A stretch of 59,030 nucleotides of DNA, filler included, from Sphacelaria rigidula (GCA_964200075.2; 6 parts of 6 records of this genome joined end to end with filler, not necessarily neighbours in it), one strand, 5' to 3'. Numbered from the whole stretch's first letter, positions 26,501 to 39,322 are shown. The notes: a model not told the origin generated them from the sequence alone. Numbers and translations: made by a program.

Positions 26501-28729
26501 GGGAGGGGTGCTATCGCGGTATCACTTATAGCTGCGACTTAACCAGCAAGTGAGGACGATTCAGCTGAACACAGTATGTCATACTCTAGAGCAGTGCACG
26601 ACGGTAGCGATCTCCGGCTCCCTGAGGAATTCAGCACCGCCAGAATACCTGCAAGGAGTCGTTGCTTCAGTTGTTTCAGCATCTGTCTTTTTGTACGTTC
26701 GCATTATTCTGCGACATGTTTCTCACTTGAGACTTTGTTTGGAAATTCTCGTTTGTCTCGCAGATTCTCGGGCGATGATTCGACAGAGTCAACGAACATT
26801 CTGCTGACGGAAGGTGCATCGGGCAGCACTACGTTCAAGTCTATCGTGGTTTTCAACGAAGTATCCGATGCACAGGTGAGCGCTTGCGGGCTGCCTTGCT
26901 TCACGACCATGCGGGTGCACCCCAAGAAATGTATTTTAGGTCATTGGAGTACTGCATACGAGTTTCACTGACGAAACAGGTAGAGCAATCCATGTAGTCG
27001 TTAATCCGCTACGCTGTATCCGCGCCACTATGAGCTAGGCCACGTGACTTTCAAGTCTCCTCCGAGACATACACTTGCGGAACGAGACCCACAGACGATG
27101 AAATGGACGGCCTCGAAAGGGCCCCTTCCTTGACTTTACCTTGATTCGCCAAACGAAAGCAATAGGCACCGCAAAGACAAAACAACAAAAAACATTACCT
27201 GCAGCAAAAGGGAAACAGCAAACTAGAGAACTTCGAAGTCTAACTGCACGCGTTTTTTCGAGTACTTGAAACGCCGCTTCCTAAGGGCGATCGCGGAAGG
27301 CGTTGTTCGTGCAGGGTGCTGAGTTTCCCAGTACGGGGAAGAAGACTTGTTTTGCCACTTGACGAGAGTATGTTGGGACCCGCACACCGACATCACGGTA
27401 AGGTGTGTCCCAGATACACGTCCATGTCCCAAGTGGACGTCCATACTCGACCTGGATGTCCCAAAGAGATATCTACGTCCGAGATTGGCATCCCAGATAA
27501 ATCTGATCTCCTAGATGGATATCCATACCCCAAGTGGAGGCTACACGATGATACGAGACCATGAGTTTATTGGGGTTCATTCGGCACGCTCATGGGGGAC
27601 TAACTGCAGTCGCAATAGTCCGTTTTTTTTGCCTTTATAATAGTTCTGTACCAGGTCGGTTACGTCCGGCGAAGTTGTGCATTCTCTACCGTTCCCCTCG
27701 CTTACTCGTTCTCTGGCGCCTCCGTTTTCGACTACTGTGCTTCAAAACGTTGCCAGATGGAAGACGTTTGGATCCGTGGACTGTACGATCCTGTAGCCGG
27801 TGAATCGGACCTCGCCGTTGATGGGTCAGGATTGACATGCTTGGAGATTACCGACTCGAAGGTGGGTAGAGACAGGGTTCCAGTCGAGAGACTCTGTTGA
27901 GGTCGCTTGACTCGTGAACAAGCATTTCATCGGCCGCGCAGGGATTACGTATCTCACCGTGGCCCTGCTGACACGATCGCGTGTTCGATTTTCGGGCTTG
28001 GGCCACGTGCAACAAAGTCGTCGACCTGACAACGGTCGCCGAATTCTGAGTGTGCGGCTGCATGAAGATCTCTGAGCTCACCAGAAAACCGTCCGTGGTA
28101 CTGTAGTCGAGACATTTTGCGAATCCGTTGCGGCGAACAATGATCTTCGTCTCTGGATGAATATCACATTCAACCACCAGAGGCTTGCGTTCTGGAGTCG
28201 TGAGCACTCATCCGACTTCCCCGGTGATGTGCAGCAAATAAATACGCGATATAGACCGTCATATTCACGATTTCCGTTGTGTGTTCTTCGCTTCCTGTTG
28301 AGCTGAAATACTGCACCTGTCTCCATCGCGACGCAAGACACCCCCGAAAATCAGCGCTATCGCTTGTTTCACCCAACCTGGCGTACGCACAACTCCGATA
28401 TTGCACACACCACGACTGCACTACACTGTAGAAAAGTTTTGCTGTTCTCGGGGGCGATGATGATAGTTTTGGGAACCGTACAAGGTTGGTACCACAGTCC
28501 TTAGTTGTTAAATATATCGAAACATTTTGCACTCCAACCCCATCGCTTACCACGGCACAAACGAAGTAAGTTCCCAGTTCTTTTCTGTGCTTCCGTGTTG
28601 TCCCTGCTTTGCTCGTAAAACATGGAAGAACGTCACCTGCAAGGACGTCGATATTCGCTACTGTGATGGCGATGGTCTGTCGGTGCTCAACTCTAGCCTC
28701 ATCAACATCGATGCTGGGAAATTCGACGA
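20513..28729 (+). CDS. Partial gene, 10 exons (~408 codons): putative galactose-binding-like beta-sandwich modules plus pectate-lyase-3-type right-handed beta-helix protein
   Basis: Phase-consistent GT-AG exons: 20513-20589, 21212-21343, 22300-22386, 22827-23018, 23842-24024, 25078-25242, 25730-25803, 26764-26875, 27757-27861, 28629-28729, with no stop in the spliced product. It includes ...SSGETDGFETYDF...IISISEVEF... and GTGDQRAIMGAICK...GTVHLPSGEWHVDGSIFMESGVYLKG...MEDVWIRG...CLEITDSKNVTCKDVDIRYCDGDGLSVLNSSLINI. The gene structure is strong; the domain assignment is by motif recognition. Confidence 0.85.
24085..24185 (-). mobile_element. SINE family 1 fragment (intronic)
   Basis: GTCTCAAGGGA..CGGTACATGCCT..CATTTTG..GGAT.AGCACTCCCGCACCG.GTCAACTC matches 15192-15280. 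Confidence 0.6.
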
Positions 28730-29467
28730 GTGAGTCCCGGCGTGGCAACCGTGCCTGTTTTGTCACGATAGCACAATAACGTTTTATGTTATGGCAATAA
28801 CCTGACTTGATGCGTAGTTTCGTCTCTTCCCTCAGTCGAAGGTCTCTTTCATTCACAAGTCTTTTTTTTCCCGTCGAGAACAATCTTGACAGTGCTCCCC
28901 ATTCTTGTCCCATGGAGCTCTATATTTACCTGGCCAACGCATAGTACGACGCAGTTTACGTTGCACGGGTCACCACGTATATGGGGGCGGAGTAGGCGGA
29001 CGTCATAAAAGACGATACAAACGCCATCTCGAAAGAAATACGGCGACGGCGCAGCTGGTCCCGCGGGTGCTGATGTTGAGGGCACTACGCACGTCGGACC
29101 GTATGATCGACAACTGTCATAGACCGGATCAACCCGTCACGAACCAATACTCACCGAACACCACTCAGGTCGCTGTTCTGACTTTTTCGTTGTAGCTTCC
29201 TTGACTCCAAGGCCTCACCGTTCAGATAGTAGCAAGATCGAAGAGAAATTGTATCCATAATAATACCACAGCCTCTAGAATTGGCGATCGTGTTCAAGGA
29301 AAAACAACGAATCTTACCGTCATCGCCACCAAATATGCCCACGGTTATCATCAGGTGCCCCGGTGCCGGAAGGGTTAACCCTCCCCCTCCCCCCCTTCCC
29401 ACATGTATGAAAGAAATGTAATGAGCGCCGGAATGTTGGAGGTGTCTCTACTAGGAGGAGGAACGGG

Positions 29468-29567
29468 NNNNNNNNNNNNNNNNNNNNNNNNNNNNNNNNN
29501 NNNNNNNNNNNTTAATTAATTAANNNNNNNNNNNNNNNNNNNNNNNNNNNNNNNNNNNNNNNNNNNN
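29468..29567. other. Artificial contig spacer
   Basis: N44-TTAATTAATTAA-N44. Confidence 0.98.
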
Positions 29568-29746
29568 TGGGTTCAGCAGTCCCTTTCCCTCGTCGACTGT
29601 GAAGTAGAATTTTGTGTAATCGCGACAAAGTCGCTCTCCACTGTTGGGCATGGTGTAAAACAATTCCCAGATCGCTCAGAGAATCGAACCCTTCAACTCA
29701 AACATTGGAAGAGTACGAAGTTACTAACTGAGCCACCGGGGCGACC
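29568..29746 (-). mobile_element. tRNA-derived SINE, family 2
   Basis: Minus strand: GGTGGCTCAGTTAGTA (A box), GGGTTCGATTCTC (B box), then ATCTGGG..CCCAACAGTGGAGAGCGAC..GTCGACGAGGGAAAGGG, shared with 45721-45900. Confidence 0.7.
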
Positions 29747-29749
29747 GGC

Positions 29750-30421
29750 TGCAATATGGTGACATGCGAGACAGGTCAATGTATTTTGTGTCATCGATAT
29801 GTCAAGGCGCGCGACATGCATCATGTATCGACCGGACAATATATCACGACACGCCCACCTCAAGATAGATTTGGCCGAGTAATATGTGGTGCGGTAAGGC
29901 AGCAATATCAATTTGTCGAATCATACATTGGCTGCCGCACGAGGTCAACATATACTGACGATTCGATATACTCAACACCCGAAGCGCCGACATATATCGC
30001 CGCCCCAATATGTCGTGCGTGAATGCGTCCAATATATATCAGGCGAACGATACACGAGGGAACCGACCGTCACAACACATAATGGTGTAGCAATAGATAT
30101 ATGCATCACATGTATATATATATTGATGATTCAAATTAGACATTTGAAAGTGTATAGGTATTAGTATTGTGGGCAATTTCATGTCCGCGGGTGCCGTTGA
30201 ATAATGTATCACTAGATGCCCAAAACGCCCAATATATTCCTCCGCGAGCGCGTCCAAAATATTTTGTAATGCAGAACATCACGATCACGACACGAGAAAT
30301 ATTTCATGCTGCTTTCATGTCTCCGGGGACATGTCAACACAAAATATTTTGAAAACCCAATATTTGCGCTGTCTCCAATATGGGATTAGCATCATATGGG
30401 AACATTTTGTATTGTCCAGGG
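29750..30421. repeat. ATAT-motif-rich element, probable non-autonomous DNA transposon
   Basis: Dense CAATAT/ATATTG motifs. It ends in ...TGTCCAGGG, like the end ...TGACCAGGG of 31379-31975. Confidence 0.4.
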
Positions 30422-31378
30422 TATGAGCAACACAGCACCGGTGATCAGAGGGGTACCACAAGGCGCATATCGACCCCAATTTTCTACCGTCGTACTGTTT
30501 AGCCGAAATATATTACACACTGTGAAGTGGATGGGCGGCACCGCACCGGTGGCCAGATTGGTATCGGAACGCATATATACCGGGTCGCCTCTTCTGTCAC
30601 CTTAATTTCCGGCCAATATATACATCAAACTCATTTGAAAACTCTCGGTAGCCATGCACGCGAACTTCTGCGGCTTCTTCGAAGGTTTTCCCCCAATCTT
30701 CAAGGGCTCCTGCATCCACTGCGCCTGGATCTCTTTCGAAGCCTACACGATACTTATGATGTGTGGCCTTCCAGGTTGACGGGCCCTTGTGAAGCTCATG
30801 TCCCTGCAGGACCGCGATGTTAGCGATTGCCGTTTTGACGGCCTCAGTTACACGGGTTGCCGCAGGCGGTTGACGCGGCAAGGCGGCACAGTCATTGTCC
30901 CTCGACCCCTGCGAGATCCCACAGATGTATGTTTTTCCGTGGGCAGCTGGCAACCACTCCCTATATTTGCAGCCGTCAGCCAAAAATAGCACACATTGTG
31001 AGAGCTGACCAGCTTGTACCCAACAGGGGTATCTGAAACTCCAAGCTCCAGATATATTTCACAGCAATTTACATTTTGAAATCCCGGAACTTCGAGTTTG
31101 AAATACCTCCAACGTTCGTGGTTAGTTTGCTGGCTCTGGATCATGGCATATTTTCGGTGAAAGCGAAGCCGATTCATCAGCAAACGTAACCTAACGGCCG
31201 AAGGGTCAGGTAACTTATGAATCAGATCATTTTCACTGTAAATATTACTCTCCCACAAACCGGTTACCACGTGAAAGCTCTCATCGAGACGCGTCGTGAG
31301 ATGTTCCGAGGAAACGACGGAACATCCTCGGCAACTTTGTTTTCTCGGAATGATTGGGAATGGCCCTCGTATACATAT

Positions 31379-31975
31379 CCTGCACGACAATAACATATTC
31401 AGATATTACTTCTCCAAAAACACTGAAAGAGAGATTGGCTGGACGATATGACTTTCAGGACGCGGCAGAGTGTAGTACTTGATTGGTAGGGTTCGATGGG
31501 TCATATACTCGACATCAACGCCTCCACATAATGTTAACTGAGGGGATGATATGTTGTAACAAAAAGCTACCCCGAAATATATACTTGTACTGATACCGTA
31601 ACCGCTTATATTCTCGCACCCATACGCCCCCAATATACACATATTGACCGGCCGACATATTGGCACCCACGCGACCCCAATATATGTTGACCGGTCACTG
31701 TGTTTTCACTTATGCGCGCTAATATATTGGCCATGCAATATGTCTTTGCCCACACCGCCCCAGTATATATTCAAGGGACAATATGTGTGCGATCCCACGG
31801 CGCCAGTATATACTGGGCGGGCAATATGTTTGCAGTTCCATGACACCAACATATATTGGGCGCGCAATACGTGTGCAGTCCGAGGGTAGCAATACATATT
31901 ACGCCAGCAATATGTCTCAGTATTTCAATATGACCGACTTACATATATTGGAAATATATTATGTTTTGACCAGGG
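31379..31975. repeat. ATAT-motif-rich element, second related copy
   Basis: Dense ATATTG/CAATAT motifs with loosely inverted ends (CCTGCACGACAATAACATA / TATGTTTTGACCAGGG). Confidence 0.4.
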
Positions 31976-32469
31976 CGTGAAAAAATCACATAAGTACCCA
32001 AAATCGAAATTGCCCAACCGAGCTCTGCGTGGTACGGGCGGGGGTGAACCAATTCCGATCACTCACATGAATGGTTTTACGGACTCTCGTCTTTTTCTTA
32101 CACCTACTCATTGCGCTAGAGCGGAAACGAAACGTGTTTCGGACCAAAAATGGCCAATATAATCTCCCGTCACTTTAGCTCGGAAGTCGGTCAATGTTGA
32201 GCACAGATAAGTTTTTGTTCCGGGATGTGGAGGATACGTCTAGTACAGTATCTTTCGACTACAAACGTCGGATTCAACCGCTCGCTACGATGAGCGGCGG
32301 CACGCGAAAAAAAATACTGAAAAATGCCAACTACCGAACATTTACAAACATATCCTATTTCAGCTGAAACCCACGATCCATACGGTACGGTACAGCACTC
32401 TTGCACGGTGGAAATACAGCGGTTTTCAGCGCCATTCACAACATTTGATTCCCAGAAATGACAGATGAT

Positions 32470-34110
32470 CCCAATGGGGCCATGAGCGCTAATGCAGGCA
32501 CGGATTCTGCATGAGCGCCTTCGGTAGAAATGGGCCACGTGCTCGAGGATATCATGTTGCGAACTTTGCATCTGCGGCGGTGCCGGCGTGAAGCTGCGCG
32601 TTTTGAAATTAGTACGAAAGATGGGAGTGAGACATATCGACAAGTGCCCATGAATTCTGCGGGTGAGCTTGTTTTTAGTCATTATGTGAATGATGTGGTG
32701 GTGTCTGATCTCCGGCTGCAGTTATCATGGCGGTGTGGACTGTATATCAGCCCTGGCAATTGGCGACCTTCACGCGTAAATGCTGACCTCATCACACGTA
32801 TTTTCGCGGTGCTCGTGCATCAAATGCCCGCCGATCGGCGTCGTAAGGGGCCACGGTTACGAAACCACGTGATTAGGGCATTGTACTGCTCCCTGTCAAC
32901 CGGGAACCGATGTCGGGGGCTGGCGGCCGCATCGCCGATCCATGACGAATACGCCACCGTGATAGTAAAGGAGTCTTTTACCGGTTTTGTGTTGCACATA
33001 TGATCCCCGTGATTCGACCAGGACAACTCAATGTACGACGATGGTGGCAATCTGTGAATTTGTCCACGGCACATGAGGCCGGCGTGAAAACGAGGGAATT
33101 CGTCGTGTGCTTCCTCAGCTAAACGGAAAAGTCCAACATTACCTGGGGCGGAATTTCACGGGTTTTTATAAATGGGTGGTCTCCGATGAGCTAACAATCA
33201 TCAAAAATTGGATAGTTGACCATGCACAGCATTTGCTGGCGCGGATGCCAGCACAGTCGTGGCTTTCAGACGCATCAGCGTTGGCTATTGGCAGTTTGCG
33301 CAGAAGCGGAAATTTGGTAACGATATGATTCGTTTCATGACCAGCGACAGCTCGTTCACGGCCACGAAGTCAACAAAGAAAATGAAAATCCTACGAAAGC
33401 GCTCAAATGACCGGGAATGGTGACGTCTGCGTGGTCGACCGTGAAAATTCTCAGAACAAACAACAAGTGAAGATATCAAACATTGCGTCCTGTGACGGCG
33501 AGATTATAGCCCCGCCGTCTCATACATCAACAAGTGCCGGGGGGCACGACGAACCGAGAGCAAGAACGCTTACGCCGTATTTCGGGTACTCGAAGTAACT
33601 GGCGCATGATATTTCGAAGCCAAACGAGTCCCTGGTGCACTAAACGATGAAGCAGAAGGTATTCCGCGGTGACCGAGGAATTGTATCGCCACCGATTCGA
33701 TTGTCTTCCGCCCCAGTGTCCCATGGCATGAACGGAAAATCGGAGACCAGGGGCACCGGCTTTACTGCCACAATTCGGATTCGAGTTTTCTGAAACACCC
33801 ATTGCGCATATCGTCTAAACAGACTTTCCAAGGATACTTTGGGTTACTCATTCGCGTCCGACACGACATGGGGAGCCCAGGTTTTGTGCCCAGGGAAGAA
33901 AAACATGGAGAATGTAAACGCACTTCTGTCTTGGGCATCTCACGCTTGTTCAGTGTACGGGTTACAAGCCAACTCAACTGCGAATTGCTCGGGAGCTGTG
34001 GAATATTCTCATGAAATATGAAGCAATATCCACGAAGTGTTATCGGACACTTTGTCGGTGCGAAGAGTGCTAAAAGGCGTCGAAGCGGAGTTTCCCACAA
34101 GTAGGAAGTC
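32470..34110 (+). pseudogene. Decayed D5/P4-family SF3 primase-helicase (virus- or Polinton-like relic)
   Basis: Intronless and frameshifted. Ordered fragments: NGDVCVVD (~33415), YINKCRG (~33523), QKVFRGD (~33653), Walker-A-like HGMNGKSET (33722-33748), IARELW (~33984), DTLSVRRV..EF (~34046). The 5' boundary is approximate. Confidence 0.5.
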
Positions 34111-36021
34111 AGCCGCGGGTTCGGCCGGCTCTATCTTGCACGGCACCATGCTCGGCCGAACATCTGGCGTCGCGGTTGGAAGCTGGGGGCCGAGTATTGC
34201 GTTCAGGTCTCAGAGTGCCTTATTTCTTGTTGGCTCGTAAATCAGAAGTAGTTGCTCAAAGAGCCGATCGAGATCACCGTACATACTGTATATAACAAGA
34301 ATATGTGGCGTTGTGTCACGACACGCGGCAAACTTGATGGCCGTCATGGTTTTCGGTCGCCTGTGTAGAGGTGCGCTTTCGTGCCATCAGAGGTGAACAG
34401 ATGAGGCGGAGGGTGATGGCGAAACGTACAGAACGCGACGAGAATCATGGTCGTGATAGCGGGCGGGCTCCAAACCCGGCAGCAGTTCATTTTTTAGTGA
34501 CATTGCCTTCTTGTATGGGGGATTTGCCTCGGGTTGTACCATTAATGACGTATACGGGGCGAAGGGGAGGCCGCCTGGTTGGCCCAGGGTAAAGCATCGA
34601 AAGCGTTGAGAATGTTTGTAACGGCGGCAGTAGCGGACTCCTACGAATACGTGCTGTACTGTTCACGTATCGGCAGGGTTACTAGACTTTCAGCAAAAGG
34701 AGCAGTGTCTGATGAAGTGCGGGAAGACGGAATTCAGATGCTTCTGAGCTACACGAGATGAGGAAAAGGTGGAATGCGAAGGGAGCGTCTCCTGCCGTAG
34801 GACGGACATCGGTTGGGGAGGCAAGCAACCTGGAGAGAAACTCCGTTGGAATGGGCTGTGAGATGTTGAAGCATACATGCGTCATTCGATAACAAAAAAT
34901 ATGGTTTGCAGCAGCCACGAGTGAAAAGTGTACGTTCAAAGCTTGAGGAGAACAACGGGAGAGATGGATGAAGAGGACATGTCCGTGCTCGAAAATCGAC
35001 ACCGTGGTATGTTGGCTGGCGTGGACCGGGGGTACTGCCAGTTGGCGTTGTCAAGCTTTGTTGGCATCTGCCTTCGGGGGTGGTTGCTTCCCACGCCCCA
35101 TACCTGCCCCTTGCGCAGAGCTTTATCAACGCACCAACTCGAAAGCGAGAACAAATCCCAATATTGATGATCGAGAGTATACGTGATTCGTGGGAGCGGG
35201 ATAGCTCCTTCAACACCACTTGAACTCAATTGAACTAACTTGAATTCACGTGAGTAATCACTTGTTCGAGAGAATGCTGGACAGGACCTGAGAGGGTCAG
35301 TGCTTTGTATGCCTCTGCCTGTGATACCGAACATCGAAGCGACTATCAGCTAACGCGCTAAGAGCAGACGTATTAGTATACGTACGGAACGCCGGCCTGA
35401 ATAGGCACTCAGTTACTGATTCGAGAGCAGGGAGTACATGGGAGTACTGTTCCGTAGTGCCGTGAGGAGCAGCATCGGTCCTAAATCCGCCCGTCCTGTG
35501 CTTTCGGAGGGTGTCATGGAGTAAGGTCGAGCGATCCGAATATTGAGCGAGAAGTATTGAAACATCACGGATTGATGTCTACGGAATAGAACACGAATCT
35601 AAGATTCGAAAGTTGACGTCCTGATGTATGTGCTCAGGCTAACAGATGCCTCTGAGATAACTGTAACGTGGCGACTTGAAGGAAGGGGTCGCGACAGCTT
35701 TATCTGAGAAAGGGTATCAAATGCCTTCAAAATGTATTTGTATTTCACGAGAAGAGAGGTCAAATGCCTTACAACACTTATGATTCCGAGGCTGTCTGCG
35801 TTCCCTTGGTGAGGTAAAAAGCAATGCAGCGCGACAGCAGCAGTCTCTCGCAGCAGCAAGGAGTTGGTCACTGAACGGGCGAGTAGGAGGAGCGGGGGGC
35901 ACACCAGAGCAGCGACACACTACACCCTCTCTCGTCCCACGCCATCTTATTCAGCTTCGAAGTGTCGACTACGATTTTGTTATTCTAGCTTCCACCTCCT
36001 CTCCTTTCTCGGGAGAGTCCA

Positions 36022-36140
36022 TGTTCGGGACGAGTCCATGCTCCCCAGGGATCAATCCATTCCTCTCCCTCGGTACCTGTCTTACATTTCCGTATCGCGG
36101 ATTGGATGATGACCAAACACTCCCGCACCGCATCGACTGT
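36022..36140 (-). mobile_element. SINE family 1 fragment
   Basis: TCGGGACGAGTCCATG..AGGGATCAATCCA..CGGTAC..TCGCGGATTGGAT..CACTCCCGCACCGC matches 15177-15275. Confidence 0.6.
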
Positions 36141-38784
36141 GGTTCAACAAACGCATCTATAAACGCTCTTCACTCGTCCATTCGTGTATGTCGTGTATTC
36201 CAATTTTTTCCAAAACCAGCCGCGTTCGCTGTGAGTTGAAGTTCCGCGAGAAGAAATCGGGCTCATGTGTGCATAGTACAGCTTGAAATCCCACAACATT
36301 CGTCACCATGTGTAAAAATAGAAAATGAAAAGCGCCCACTTCCCTTTTTTCCCCTCCTGGTATATTTACCTTGGTAAAACCACAGCAGTTGGTACATGGA
36401 AGGTCACAATAATGGACCACAAATACCACTTCCATCCAAACCGTTACCGAGAAAATCATATTCTCCCGTTCCCGTCCGAACAATACCCGAGCAGATACTG
36501 CTATTCCTGTAGTTTCTCATCACCATCTTAACAAACACGGCGCAAATACTTCGCGCCCAACTGCTGTACAGGAAAGCAATGAATAAATTGCCAATGTCAG
36601 CCAAAATCAAGCCACCTCATTGGAACTGTGGTGAACGTCTGCAATCTCTGGTGAACAGGCCGAGCTTTCAATGCCCCCCAGACCACTTATAGTTTGTTTT
36701 TTTCCATCTTCTTGGATGACGTGTTCCCCCAGTTGTTTTTCTATCTTCAAGGACCCTGCCGTTTTTGAGTTGGTGGACACGCGAGTACTGAAGCATGATT
36801 GCACTATGATACGCACCACACGAAAACACACGCGACCGGAGGCAAGTAAGCACTTTACGGTTCTGTATGGAAGAGATTGCCCATGTCTCTCACGGTTTCT
36901 AGTCACTGAACAAGTGCTTGATATTACTGGGTGTAGGTCTGGATTCACTTTATCACCTTTCATACTCTGGCTGCGAGAGGTTCCCTGTGTTCAGTAGGCT
37001 AAGCTTGCATCTGAGTAATGCGGACAACAAGTCCACGAATGATCCCGTGTTGTTCGAATGCCTAGATATACGCTACAGTCGTGGCCTGCCACACGCTCAA
37101 GAAAATACTCACGGAAACAAAATACCGTACATTATCGTGGTGGCTGCGTCCTGTACCACTGGGTACCGGGTTGATCAGTCACCATCTAAACCTTACCGTG
37201 CACTACCGTGGTGGCTGGATACAGCGGAAAGTGGTACCAACCTCGAAAAGGCAGTAAGACGTAAACCCCGGAATACACAGAGGTGGTGAAAAGCTTACTA
37301 CCGTACCAATAAGCGAACGGTAAATGCTATGCTGCCAGTCAATGGTTCGCGGGCGATGAAGGGGTCAACACCCACCTGACCCTTTCGGGCCCCACGCCGG
37401 GTTGGTACTACATGAAGGAAGGGTTGACACTGTGCATTTTTCATCTCCCGGTGGTGCTAAACCGATCACATCAGCAGAGAGGGCGGAGTAATAAAACAGC
37501 CAGCGAACACAAACGGGCAGCTGATATTTAGATCATACGCGACAAGCGTGCCTTGGGGAGAACATGCGCCATACAAAGATCAATTTGTTTCACAAGGACA
37601 GGCAAACAAGCATGCCCTGAACAAAATATCATTTGTCAATGCGTGTACAGTAGATTCCATTCTGTACGCAGTGCACCTTTAATGATGTAGTCTACTGTCA
37701 AGACACGGATGTTGTATCGGGGTTTGAGTCCTCCGGGGGGTATATCTCACTTGATGTTTACTCACAAAACACTTCGAAATTTGCGGGGCTGCTCATTTAA
37801 TTTTCAGATGAGGACAAATTGCGGGAACCCTCCGCAAAGCGAGCTACCCCTCCGTGGACACAACTAGAAGTCAATGTACGAATAACCGCAAGCAGCGTAG
37901 AAATCAGAAGAACCGAGCGAACGCGACCGCTGCAACGCTCAGCAATGACAGAGGCTGCCACTCGTGCCGCTGGTAGCAAGGTGATTAGGGGCAATAGGCC
38001 GCCAGCAACTACTTCTTTCAAGACTACGATAGTGTGCAACTGGCTTCCGATGATACATCTGCCGCACATTCACTTTGGCGTGCTGTACCGTACGCCGTTC
38101 TTGGACATCACCCCCCAAGACACGTCGTGGCTGCCATGATTTCTTCGCTGAGAGATACATCTGTCGGTGAAGGGATCGATACAGATGGGCATAGGATTAC
38201 TGTATGGTGCGGTGCGATGCCATGCTGCGCTGAGCCTCACTACCTCTCTCTGTACTGCACAGTCTATTCCTTTTCAACGACACCTTTGTATGATACTGTT
38301 ATAGAACAGACCGTGACTGGTGAGGTATGCTTGAAAGAATGCACTCTCTTGGGACTTTTGAACCAGCGTGGTAGATATTGATTACGTGTGCCATTCTCTG
38401 CACTAACGACAGCCAGCCAAAGGCGCTTTAGGTCGTTAGTGAGGCTGGGGCCCAAGGGGGTAAACACCATCACCACTATCGCGTTCTACGGCACCATCCC
38501 CGAGCCTACTGCACGTACGTTTGTCCGGCAAGTTGAAACACTCCGATGCTTAACTTGTGTGCGTTTCAAACTTTGTCACCAGCGTTTTCGTCGTGGTTTG
38601 ACTTTGGGCGCATATTTATCAAGATATGAGACACAGATAGCGTGGTGGCGGTGCTGTCACCGGAATCGTACGCTTGGGTTTTCGGTAAAACTGAAATTTC
38701 GCATCGGACGGCACGGGTGCAGGGTATACAATACCCGATAAGGTCCAGCAAATACATTCTGTAGATGCTTCGCAATGGGCAATA

Positions 38785-39322
38785 CTTCCTCCGTCCCATA
38801 AGTCTGGTCGGTTATGTTTATACGAGCCCTTAACGTTATGTTTGTACGAGCCCTTAACGTTGTCCGATTTGATTTTCGATTTTTTTTTTTTTTTTCTTCG
38901 CCGTTTGTTTTAGGTAGAACAACATATTTTGTTTTTGCAGCACGCTGTTGAGCCATGCGGCCGAACGGCCGCAAAAATCAGTCGGCCATAAAATGACCGT
39001 ATTTCGCCCCTTTCGAATCGGCCAAAAAATGGCCGATTCTGCTTGTTGATCTTCTTCAGCGCCGCCACCTTGGTGGGCGTGAGGAGCGACGGACGTCCAC
39101 TTCTTGCGGTGTTCAAAGGGTCGATCTCCTGGGTAGCGTCCATCTGGGCTCTGACGGTTTTCCACAATTTAGGCGGGTACTCGGGACCGACACCGTATCG
39201 TTCGAAAATTGGCCCCAGTGAGCCCTTGGGCACCCTAGTCTTGCCCGGTGGAATAGCGAGCGCAACCTCCATCGCAATCGCAGAGCGGCGACCCAATGGA
39301 AGCTCACCACCGGTTTGGCGAG
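38785..39322 (-). mobile_element. Internally deleted Tc1/mariner element with Stowaway-like terminus and transposase N-terminal fragment
   Basis: The end is TA|CTTCCTCCGTCCCATAAG (Stowaway consensus CTCCCTCCGT). The minus ORF ...KLWKTVRAQMDATQEIDPLNTARSGRPSLLTPTKVAALKKINKQNR has the GRP linker of IS630/Tc1/mariner transposases and runs straight into the terminal region with no DDD/E domain. Confidence 0.7.

Noticed and set aside
19050-28729. Beta-helix gene apparently nested antisense within a dynein intron
   Set aside because: The two genes lie on different contigs separated by the synthetic spacer.
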